Below, in pieces: positions 52,269-62,012 of a stretch of 64,000 nt of DNA; within the stretch, counting starts at the first letter, position 1, and the number at the start of each line of letters is the position of its first letter. This DNA comes from an uncultured Verrucomicrobiae bacterium (GTDB taxonomy: Bacteria; Chlamydiota; Chlamydiia; Chlamydiales; Rhabdochlamydiaceae). The stretch lies in NCBI GenBank assembly GCA_963718565.1, contig OY970364.1, forward strand, positions 1,696,001 through 1,760,000, read 5' to 3'. Under the pieces are notes generated by a model, which saw only the letters and a program-made list of their open reading frames with translations, made no database searches and was not told where the DNA came from. A program made the position numbers and the translations under genes.

Positions 52269-54065
52269 TCAGAAGCAGGAAATGCTAGGGGTTGTCCCTG
52301 TTTCTGTCAATGCCTTGAGTCTTAACTTTTCTTCGTTTACCAGAACTGAAGATGCATGAATTCGAGCGCAAAGACCTGAAATTTTTCTAGAGCTCATTGC
52401 ACATGCCTTTAGAAACAGGTCTTTGCTGCACATCACAGTCACTTTGTGGCGCGCCCTTGTCACAGCAGTGTAAAGGACCTCTCTCCCGAAAGATTCAGAA
52501 CCTGAAGGAATCACAATCACCGCTTCGTCGTATTCGCTTCCCTGACTTTTATGCACCGAAATGCAATAGCTGTACTCAAAAGAGGACAAATTGAGAGCGG
52601 CGATCTGTCGAAATCCGCCTTTGCGATCACGCAGCAAAATATAGTCGTCGAGTTCAAGCTGATGTGAAGAAAAATCGTCAGTGAGTCTGCGAACAAGAAA
52701 ACCTAAATCTCCATTATAAACCTCCAGTTCATAGTCGTTGCGAGTGATCATGATCGGAAAGGCTACCCATGAACCCTGTGGAGCTTTTTTTATCGATTGA
52801 TAAAAAAAATAACGATTAATGGCATCAACGCCAAGAGGACCTTTTCGCACGGAAGACAACAGGCCAAAACGCCCAAGAGCGCTGTAGATCTGTTCGGGAA
52901 GAGGTTTTTGAGGATAATAATCTGAAAAGCGTTGCTTATTTTGTTCCCAGAGATCTGCAGATGTGCTCTCACTTTCTTCAAGATCAATCCAAGAGATGGC
53001 ATTGCCATGATTGAAAAATTCAAGCGCCGTGCTCGCATTTCCTTGTTTGATATGATGGGATAATGTCACAATTTCGCTGCGATCCGAACGCAGACATTCG
53101 GAGAGGAATGCCGAAGGATAAGCATTGGTTTCAAGAAGATCGGCAAAAATGCTCCCAGCCTCGACGGGGGGAAGCTGATCTTTATCGCCGATCAGCACTA
53201 GCCGAGCGCCATTGGGGACTGCAGAGAGCAGTTGAGAGAAAATTTTAGCATCGATCATCGAACATTCGTCAACGATGATCAGATCCGCAAATAGCGCGTC
53301 TATCTCTTCTTCCTCATACATACGCGCTTTAATGCCGAGCACCGCATGCAAAGTCCCAGCTCTGATTGTCACTTTAGGATCAAGAATAGTTCTCAAATTC
53401 CCTTCGAGCTGCGAAACAGCTTTTCCTGTGGGCGCTGTCAAAACGATGCGCAATGGCTCGAGCTTGTCGCTTGGCATGGAATTAAGACAAGCTTTGACAA
53501 GTTCTGCTGCAGTAAACGTTTTTCCTGTTCCAGGCCCTCCTGTCAGCAATGACAGCGAGTTTGCCATTGCATTTTCAATGGCCATCTTTTGAGCTGTGTT
53601 TAATCGCGGATCCATTGTGGACACGGTGAGAGGAACAACAGGGGGATGCCGATTCAAACGTCCCAGATGTCTTAAAATTACAGATTCATAGACCCAATTT
53701 TTTTGCAAATAGTAACAAGTCCCCATGCGGCAGATCCAAGCATGAGGATGGTCATCACTGCCCTTCACATCGGCGATGCCGTTCACAGGAAATGTGGCCG
53801 TCCCCTTTAGAAGTAATTCTTTCAAAGGATCGCTATCCACGATAGAAAGCAATTGCAACGCAAAACATAGAGCATCCCCAGAAAGATCGAGCATTAAGTG
53901 CCCTTGGCGCGAAAAGGCAAACAGAGTGGCCAGAATGGCAGCGTGCTCCTCTTTGTCACTATTTAATCTTCTCAACACGCTATCGGCAAAAGCCAGATCG
54001 ATAAAGCTGAATACTCCTTGTTTCAAGTAGTAATTTAATTTCTGCCATTTTTGAAATCTTTTCAT
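52269..54065 (-). CDS. recD: Exodeoxyribonuclease V alpha subunit
   Basis: TGGPGTGKT, APTGKA, VDECSMID, GDKDQLPPVEAG, SVHKSQGSEY, LYTAVTRAR. Confidence 0.92.
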   Translation of the reverse strand: MKRFQKWQKLNYYLKQGVFSFIDLAFADSVLRRLNSDKEEHAAILATLFAFSRQGHLMLDLSGDALCFALQLLSIVDSDPLKELLLKGTATFPVNGIADVKGSDDHPHAWICRMGTCYYLQKNWVYESVILRHLGRLNRHPPVVPLTVSTMDPRLNTAQKMAIENAMANSLSLLTGGPGTGKTFTAAELVKACLNSMPSDKLEPLRIVLTAPTGKAVSQLEGNLRTILDPKVTIRAGTLHAVLGIKARMYEEEEIDALFADLIIVDECSMIDAKIFSQLLSAVPNGARLVLIGDKDQLPPVEAGSIFADLLETNAYPSAFLSECLRSDRSEIVTLSHHIKQGNASTALEFFNHGNAISWIDLEESESTSADLWEQNKQRFSDYYPQKPLPEQIYSALGRFGLLSSVRKGPLGVDAINRYFFYQSIKKAPQGSWVAFPIMITRNDYELEVYNGDLGFLVRRLTDDFSSHQLELDDYILLRDRKGGFRQIAALNLSSFEYSYCISVHKSQGSEYDEAVIVIPSGSESFGREVLYTAVTRARHKVTVMCSKDLFLKACAMSSRKISGLCARIHASSVLVNEEKLRLKALTETGTTPSISCF

Positions 54066-54071
54066 GGAAAA

Positions 54072-55115
54072 TCATTTCCGATATACGATAGGCCACCCTT
54101 CTGCTGCGCGTTTCTTAACGGTTTCTAGCTCCTTGGCTAAATCGGAATCAATGTAGGAGAGCCTAATCGTTTGTCCATCATAAACGATCCAAGGATCAAT
54201 GCCACGACATTTAAACTTGATGAAGATCTCTGCTTCTTTAGGGTCAACTAATTTAAAATAATGATTGGGATGTGCAATCCTATGCATTCTCTCTTGAATG
54301 AAAGGATCTTTCGCACGGGTCAATTGATTCCAAACATCACAATCACGTCCAAAATGCACTTCTTTCCAAGAAAGAATCCCTGTTTCCAGCCCTTTCAAGA
54401 TTGCATCCGCAAGCCACCGAGACAAAGCATAGTTGGAAACAGATCCCCAGCACTCTTGAGTCATGTACAAAGAAAAAAGAGCCAGTTTTTTTAGCAGATC
54501 GATTCGCGTTCCGACCCAACACCCGTCCACAAACTTAAAATCTGCATAGAGATCCAGAACCTCTTCTTTTGTTAAAAAATTCTGATAGTAGGCCCCCTGA
54601 AGGTTGTAATCAATGCGGTCCGCACAAAGATTTGGCAGGGGCTGTTCCAGCAGGATAAACTCTTTGCTCCCAGGTTGAATCTGACAGAGAGTATGTCCAT
54701 ATTTCATGAGAATCTCTTCAATGCCTGAATTGAAGAGATAGATTGTGTGAATCGTGTTTTGATAGTCTTTTTCTTCATATTCTTTCCCAAATACCCAATC
54801 TCCGACATGAGAAAACACCGTATGTGAAACATCGTGTAGCATTCCTGAAATTTGTTCTTCTAAAGAAGCGCCATTTTTTCTAAGAATGGCAAAGACCCCG
54901 ATCGAGTGGTCATAGCGATTATATTCTTCGCGATGGGTTGTGTAATAAGCGACCCCATATTGATGAATGTGTTTAAGTCTTTGAACTGCTGGACATTTAA
55001 TGAGTTCAAGGAGAACAGGCTCTTCAACCTCAATCGGACCGTAGAAAGTCTCAACGATTTCCCCATAGAGAAAAACAGAACAGGAACAACAAAGGAAAAA
55101 GATATTGCGAAGCAT
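54072..55115 (-). CDS. HD-domain phosphohydrolase with signal-peptide-like N-terminus
   Basis: QRLKHIHQ, RYDHSIG, LHDVSHTVFSH, ADRIDY. Confidence 0.85.
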   Translation of the reverse strand: MLRNIFFLCCSCSVFLYGEIVETFYGPIEVEEPVLLELIKCPAVQRLKHIHQYGVAYYTTHREEYNRYDHSIGVFAILRKNGASLEEQISGMLHDVSHTVFSHVGDWVFGKEYEEKDYQNTIHTIYLFNSGIEEILMKYGHTLCQIQPGSKEFILLEQPLPNLCADRIDYNLQGAYYQNFLTKEEVLDLYADFKFVDGCWVGTRIDLLKKLALFSLYMTQECWGSVSNYALSRWLADAILKGLETGILSWKEVHFGRDCDVWNQLTRAKDPFIQERMHRIAHPNHYFKLVDPKEAEIFIKFKCRGIDPWIVYDGQTIRLSYIDSDLAKELETVKKRAAEGWPIVYRK

Positions 55116-56867
55116 AAGTGTGTGTTTAAAAAACTTTATGGAATAAGTGCAAACGAGTTGGAAAAATAAACGATGAACTTTAAAAATTCAATCCCATTTT
55201 TGACGGCCGTAAAGTTCAGAGGGAATTATAAGAATATGATAGGCAATTCTTCAAGCTTTTGGGTTACAGCATTAGGTTCATTTTTTGGGAGCTCGTCGCA
55301 TTCCTTTTTCAGTTTGGATGCCTCAGCTCTTTTCTCAGGATTTACTTGTAACATGGAAAGGATGATTTTAACATATGGGTCAGAAGAAGACCGCGCATCT
55401 TCAAGAAAAAGGTTGTCGATGCTGGATTGCTCTAAGAACGCGATTGTCTGGAAGAATTTCACATCGGTTACAGTGGCTTCTGAAGGAGGTAGAATAGAGC
55501 ATTCACTACCAGTATAAATATGATAACATATGAGCCCTAGCCCCCATATATCTATGCAGGGCAGAGTAACCTTTTCAAAGGTGATATCTTCTTTTGTTTC
55601 GGGATTGCTTAAAGTGGGGAACTCCCTTACTAAGACCCTCTTAGCATATTCAGGGGCCATAAATCGAGGACTGCCACAACACTTACTTTTCCGCGCCCTA
55701 TCTTCTTTGGAAACAGAAAATGTAAAATCAGTTAATACCGAGTGAATGGCATCGTTATCCTTTTTTACAAGGACATTTTTAGACTTCACATCTCTATGAA
55801 CAACAAATTGTTCATGGACTGCACAAACAGCTTTAATTAGAGATACAATTAACTGTTGTTTTTGTTCGTCGCTTAACTTTTCTTTTAAAAGATCATGAAG
55901 ATCTCCAGAGTATAAATCCATGAGGGAATATGCTGCTGGCTTATTTTCTTCCAATATAAAACTCGTTTCTTTCTGGTAACTTCCTATGCTCATAAGGAAG
56001 AAGTTGTCAATTTTGATTACATAAGGAGAATCAATTTTCTTTAAAATAGCTGTCGAATTTTTACTATCTTCAATATCACTATCAGAAATCTTTATCGCAA
56101 CTTTTTTAACTTCTGTTTTGTCATTTTCTCCCGCCTCGTAAACAAACGTCTCGTAAATAGCTCCTTCGCTCCCTTTTCCAACAAGTTCCCTAAGATTAAC
56201 TTTGTATACAGAACCATAGCATACAGGGCTTCCTGGCCTTTGAATACAAAGGTAATCCGGCCCTTGCAACTGCTGAAAAGGTGGTGTCGCATAGAAATCA
56301 CCGTTGGGAGACACTTTGTGCGTTTCACGCAAAATTGCATATTTAATAGGAGTATTGCCTAAAGCGCTGCAATGGCGAGCCATAAATGTGTACGCTCGAT
56401 AGGCTGCTTCGACATTCAATACGGCAGGGGTTTCTGACTTGATTTCGGGTTCTAATAGTTTTTCATTTGAATTTTTTAGGAATTTTTCTGCTTCTTCGAG
56501 ACTTGTTTCATAGCTAGGATACATTCGTTTTAATAAATTTTGAACGAACTCTTTAATTTTTCCAGATAAGGTCGTCTGATAATACTTTTTCTCTGCTTCA
56601 ATTGCCACTTCGTAGATTAATGCCGTTTCCTTGAAGGAAATATAAGCTGATTCATGTGAAGAAATATAATAAGTTTTGCATAAAGATGTTTGATCGCCTT
56701 TGTCTTTTTTTTGCTGAATTTTGGCCAATTGGGATTGAAGTTGAGACTGAAGGTGGAAACTCAACCTCTCTAACCCTGTCTCTCCTTTTTTATAGAGGTC
56801 TAGATAATGATTGATAAAGATGTTTTTATTCTTCACGCATTGCTCATTAAACAGATCTGATTCACAC

Positions 56868-58900
56868 TGGGGTGTAAACTTTCTTTCAGAAATTCACAAC
56901 ATTACCAGTAAAAAATCCAGTATGATCCAGTCCCCCATTATCTAGAGGCAGCTGCCCTCGTTTTTTCTTCCGTTTCCTAAAAGGATTAAAGAGCTGACGC
57001 CTTTGCGAATAAATTGTCTCGCCAATATTCATTGCGGCCCACGCTTTCACTTGTTTTTTGTTACAGGTTCCTAGTGCTGCTTGAACAGTTTCTAAGTCTA
57101 ACTTTCCCAGACAGGCGGCCAATGACAGCACAAAAGGGGTAAATCCGTCCTTTGAGTCTTCATCCATCAATTGCTTTAACTTACCAAAACTAGACTCAAT
57201 AATTTCTGTGCTACCTAAAGCCACTTGATCGAGGTCTTTTGTCTGATCAATCACGAAATCAAGGATACTGCCTGCAAACTGATCAGCACGGACCCCTACT
57301 TGCAGGTTCTGTAGCTCTTTTTCCAACTCCTCTGCAGTTTTGTTGTGGAGGTGTTCTGTTCGAATTTTTTGTCTTACGATTCTCCCAATGAGCAACATCT
57401 CGGATATTTCCTTGATCATAGGCTCACTGGATCTGACCCATCCAAATTGCTCAAGCAATTCCCTCAAGTCCGCCTCGCTCTTTTCGACCTCACAATTCTT
57501 CTGTTCTATTTTTTTCTGATGTTCATTTTCCATTTTTTTGAGGTGATCTAGAATTTTATTTGCCCAGCCGGTTAGTTCGTCAAGATTCATATATCTAGCT
57601 TTACTCCTCTGACTCGGAGGGCATAGTGCTGCCCATTTCGTCCATTGGAGTTTCTGCTTCATCTGAGAGGCTTTCGACGCAAATTCTGTCCATTCAAGTT
57701 CCGCAGCTTCCACCCCCAACAAGTTGGCTATTTTGTGAGCAATATCATTCATTACGGGAATTTTTCTGCCTTCGGCTTCTTGGACGCTCTGCGTATACAA
57801 TCTGGTTGCAGATACAATATCCGATCCTTGATCATGACAAAATTGTCTGTATTGACCTACTGTCTCTTCACTTTTCTTGAGAATCTCATAGATGATTGGG
57901 CCACTTGTTTTTTCCAAAACCTCCAGGTGCAGAACGTGTACGTCTTCAAATGTCAATGCCTTAGCTTTCAAAAAAGTCGTAGCCCGTACGCCCAGAATCA
58001 AAAGACATTTTTTTGAGCCAATCTGAATAGATAAATCGATCATCCCAATCCAATCATTTGATTTCTGAATTGAGGTCAGCTTGTAATAACCCACCTGCAA
58101 GATCCAATCGCGAATCGCAGTATGAGAGGGCATTTTGCATTGTAGCCAAAAATAACAGCGAATGAACGCCTCTCTGGCTCCGCGAAGGCTTAGTCCTCCT
58201 GAAAGAATCAATAGGAGCGATATCAGGATAACAGTTGCCGAATAGCGCCGACGAGGGATTTTTTTGTCTTGTTCCCCCGGGAGGCTTGTTGCTGCATCTG
58301 CCATTTTTTTTTAAGTTCTTCGAACTCTTTAGCATGGGTAACAGCCTCTTGTTCGCGTAATTTTCTTTCTGCCTCGATCAAAGCCTCTTTTTCTGCGATT
58401 TCATTTTTTAAGGCTTTATTTTCTTGAGTTTTTTCTTCACACTTCTTTTTCCACTGGGCTCTACTGTGCTCAAGATCTAATGCTTTACCCTCTAGTGCCT
58501 TAATTTTTTCTGCTTTCTCGCGATTTCTCGCTTTGAATTCATCGCGACTCTCGCAAAGACGATGGCTTCGCTTACGCCAATCTCGTGATGGAACATTCAT
58601 AGAGCTGCTCTCCTAAAATTAAGACGAGCCATTTTGCATGATTGTTTTAACAGAGTCAAAAAAATTTCCTTAGAAGAGAATTTTCAATATCCCCCTACAA
58701 AGTATTGCATCAATAAAGCCCGATACATCGAGAGCGGCTCTTCCTGAGCCGATCTCGATGTATCGGAACAGCGCCGTAGGACGCTGGGAATATAACTGGG
58801 ATGAGTCAGAGGGTTTAATATCAGAGGGGGGATGTTACCGTTTCTTGCCGGAATTGTTGCTCAGAGAAAATTTCAAATATGGATCAAAGTTTACACCCCA
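56868..58900 (-). mobile_element. Unclassified two-ORF DDE-type insertion sequence, about 2.03 kb
   Basis: TIRs TGGGGTGTAAACTTT / AAAGTTTACACCCCA; direct repeat GATTCACAC on both sides. Confidence 0.9.
56886..58600 (-). CDS. IS transposase: coiled-coil OrfA (58223-58600) and OrfB (56886-58304), probable -1 frameshift at an A9 run
   Basis: OrfB acidic motifs MIDLS, HDQGSD, TEIIESSFG; OrfB is in the -1 frame at the ELKKK slippery run. Confidence 0.75.
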
Positions 58901-59149
58901 GATTCACACCGCCCCAAATTCAATATTGACATTTTAGTTTAACACCTTTGTTTAAGCTATTAAACTAATTATAACAATTTATAACAATTTTAACATTAAA
59001 TTTAAAATCAAAGTTTTAATGAAGGGCTTATCGCTAACTCCTTGAAAATAAGGATATTAAAGCCTTCTTGCCTCTAACTGACAATTTAATTCCTTAAATA
59101 ATTCAGAGGCAAAATGATAAAACTTCTTTGAATTCTTGGGTTATAGTTA

Positions 59150-59381
59150 CATACCACGCACTCGGTCAGGTTTTGTGAATTTGGACTAGAGCGAGGCAAG
59201 GCACAATCGAAGCCTGTGGTCCGAATGACGAAGCCATAGTGAAAACCATGGCTGCGGAGACATGAGAAGGCCTAGTAGACCTTCGCAGTGCAGAGCAGGT
59301 GAGCGAAGCGAACGGGGGGAGGATCGATTGGACAAAGCCGCAGCCAGTCCAAGTTTACAAAACCTAACGGAGCGCGGTATA
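59150..59381. mobile_element. Palindromic MITE family D between the kinase genes
   Basis: Imperfect terminal arms ataccacgcactcggtcaggttttgtgaatttggact / agtccaagtttacaaaacctaacggagcgcggtat. Confidence 0.65.
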
Positions 59382-59386
59382 GAACC

Positions 59387-61870
59387 TTAGATTTGCTTTT
59401 TTAAGGGCAGCGCTTTTCCCAATTGTTCTGCAGTAGGTCTTTGATCAGGATTCACTTGTAACATGAGATAGATCAATCCAATGAGCTGGTTATCAAACTG
59501 CTCGCCTTTTGGGGCAAGAGGCCGCCGATTGTCTTTAAAAAGGGGAAGGTCGTCGATTTTTGATTGCTCTAGGGTCATGATGGATTTTAATTGATCTTTT
59601 ATAGCCTCATTAGATGAGGGAACAATCTCACATTCTTTACCAGTATAAACATGATAACACATGAGTCCTAACCCCCATATGTCTAGGCAGGGGTTGGTGG
59701 TTTTTTCAGCGGTGATATTTGCTTTTTTTCCATATTCTCGCTCATACCAAGCCGCAGCATATTCAGGAGATACAAGCCCAGGAATGCCACAAAATCTACT
59801 TTTCCCCTCCTTATCTGTTGAATGAACATTCATTGACAAATCGGTGAATCTCACGTCTTTGATATTACCCTTATCATCTATTTCTACAAGGGTACTTTCA
59901 ACCCTTGGATCTCTATGAATAGTTCCTTTTTCGTGGATTTTGTAAAGGTTATTAATTAGAAATGCAATTAATTGTTCTTTAAAGCATTTTGTCTTTTCAG
60001 AATTTGAAAGGTTTAAAAAATTTTCGCATAAACCTTTTTCATCTAAAAGCTTATAAAGACTTCCAGAGTATAAATCTGTGGGCTCATTTTCGCTCGATTC
60101 AACACTTACTATAGACTTTTTGGGGAGGTTATGAGATATAGATGAGCTATTATTTTTAGGTGTTCGCGGCTCGTTACCAGGAATCTTCTTTATAACCTTT
60201 TTTTCTTCGCCATCAGGATCAATACGTTTCAAAGCGCTGCTTGCTTTCAATTTGGCTGCAGTAGCTCTTTTTCTAGGATCCACTTGTAACATGGACTTGA
60301 TCAACTCAGCAAACTCCTTGTCTTTCTTGCTAAAAACCTTCTCGTCTGTAAAGAGACGATCAACAGCGGACTGTTTTAGTTCCATGACGAACTTTAGTTG
60401 ATCGGCTGTTTCTCTCCGAAAAGAGGGAACAATGCCACATTTTTTACCAGTATAAATATGATAACACATGAGTCCTAGCCCCCATATATCTACGCAGGTC
60501 TGGGTGGTTTTTTCAGCGGTGATGTTTTTATCTTTATCACATCGTCGTTTATACCAGGCCTCAGCATGTTCAGGAGCTGCAGCCCAAGGAGTGCCACAAA
60601 ACTCTTTTTCCCGCACCTTATCTTCTGAGGAAACAGACATTGTAAAATCAGCTAACACCGGAGTAATACTCTTATCATCGTTTATTTTTACAAGAACATT
60701 TTCAATTTTTACATCTCCATGAATAACATTTTTTTGATGGACTTCATGAAAGGCATTAACTAATAATGCAATTAAGCGCTTTTTTAAGCATTTTCTTTCC
60801 TCATGTCTTAAAGGTTTTAAATATTTTTTGTATAAAAGGTGTTTTTTATTTAAAAGATTATGAAGATCCCCAGCGTATAATTCTGTAACAAAATATGCTG
60901 CGGGCTCATCTTTTTTCAGTTCAAAAAGGTCTTTCTTATGGTTGTAAGCTCCTATATGCATGGTGAATGATTCCTTACCTTTGATTATCTCATCAGAATG
61001 GAATTTCTCCAAAATACATGCAGACTGTTTATTATTTTCAATTGTTTGTGGGTCACTATCAGAGATCTTAATTGCAACTACTTTTTTTTTGCCACCCCAA
61101 CAAGTTTGAGTCGCCTTATGAACACCCCCCTCGCCCCCAAATGCAATCAACCCCTTCTTATCATCAAATTCGTACACAGAGCTTCCCACCAGCGCTTGGC
61201 CTGGCCTTTGAATATAAAGGCGATTGTTTTTTGATTTCGCGTTGTTTTTTGATTTTGGTCTCGCATAGAACTCACTATTGGGAAACACTTCGTGCTCTTC
61301 ATTTAAAACTGTATACTTAATATGAATATTCCTCAGAGTGCTGTTATGGCGAGCCATAAACGTATACGCTTGATATGCTGCTTCGCAATTCAATATGTCA
61401 AAATCTTTTTCCTTGATTTTGGTTTTTAATTCTTCGAGACGTTGGTCTAAATTTTCTAGGGCTTCTGTTGCTTTTTCGCGGCTTGTTTTATAGTTAAAGG
61501 GGCATATTCGTTTTAATAAATTTTGAATATTTCTTTTTCTTTCCCCAAGTGGAGTAAGATCGTAGTCGTCCTCTGCCTTAGTTGCCACTTTGTAGATTAA
61601 TGCTGTTTCCTTTAAGGAAATATAAGTTTTGCATAGCTTTTTTTCTCTCTCCAGTTTTTCCAATTGGAGGGGTGTTTTCAATTTGGATTGAAGGAGCTTT
61701 TCCAATTTGGACTGAAGGCAGGAACTCAACCTTCCCAACCCCGTCTCCCCTCTTTCATAAAGCTCCAGATAATGAGCGGTAAAAACCGTTTCATTAGTTG
61801 TACATTGATGCTCAAAGTTAGAGCTCTTTAGCCACTTTGATTCATTCGGAGACAACTTAGGTATTGACAT
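59387..61870 (-). CDS. Ser/Thr kinase with an additional degenerate kinase C-lobe
   Basis: Domain 1 FGGEGG, VAIK, HGDVKIEN, DFT, APE, DIWGLG; second copy HRDPRVES, DLS, SPE, DIWGLG without N-lobe. Confidence 0.85.
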   Translation of the reverse strand: MSIPKLSPNESKWLKSSNFEHQCTTNETVFTAHYLELYERGETGLGRLSSCLQSKLEKLLQSKLKTPLQLEKLEREKKLCKTYISLKETALIYKVATKAEDDYDLTPLGERKRNIQNLLKRICPFNYKTSREKATEALENLDQRLEELKTKIKEKDFDILNCEAAYQAYTFMARHNSTLRNIHIKYTVLNEEHEVFPNSEFYARPKSKNNAKSKNNRLYIQRPGQALVGSSVYEFDDKKGLIAFGGEGGVHKATQTCWGGKKKVVAIKISDSDPQTIENNKQSACILEKFHSDEIIKGKESFTMHIGAYNHKKDLFELKKDEPAAYFVTELYAGDLHNLLNKKHLLYKKYLKPLRHEERKCLKKRLIALLVNAFHEVHQKNVIHGDVKIENVLVKINDDKSITPVLADFTMSVSSEDKVREKEFCGTPWAAAPEHAEAWYKRRCDKDKNITAEKTTQTCVDIWGLGLMCYHIYTGKKCGIVPSFRRETADQLKFVMELKQSAVDRLFTDEKVFSKKDKEFAELIKSMLQVDPRKRATAAKLKASSALKRIDPDGEEKKVIKKIPGNEPRTPKNNSSSISHNLPKKSIVSVESSENEPTDLYSGSLYKLLDEKGLCENFLNLSNSEKTKCFKEQLIAFLINNLYKIHEKGTIHRDPRVESTLVEIDDKGNIKDVRFTDLSMNVHSTDKEGKSRFCGIPGLVSPEYAAAWYEREYGKKANITAEKTTNPCLDIWGLGLMCYHVYTGKECEIVPSSNEAIKDQLKSIMTLEQSKIDDLPLFKDNRRPLAPKGEQFDNQLIGLIYLMLQVNPDQRPTAEQLGKALPLKKQI

Positions 61871-62012
61871 TTTAGTTTTGCACCCCTAGTTAAAATTATT
61901 TAAGTTAATTATAACAATTTTAACATTAAATTTAAAATAAAGTTTTACGAAAAGCAGATCAAGAACTAAGCCATTGAAAATAAGAATGTTAAAGATTTAT
62001 TGCCTTTACAAA

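Larger units (their letters stand above)
55226..58932 (-). pseudogene. Hanks-type Ser/Thr kinase gene interrupted by an IS near codon 10 (body 55226-56836)
   Basis: GKGSEG, VAIK, HRDVKSKN, DFT, APE, DIWGLG; removing the IS and one TSD restores in-frame MSILNLGRCESDLFNEQCVKNKNIF. Confidence 0.85.
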
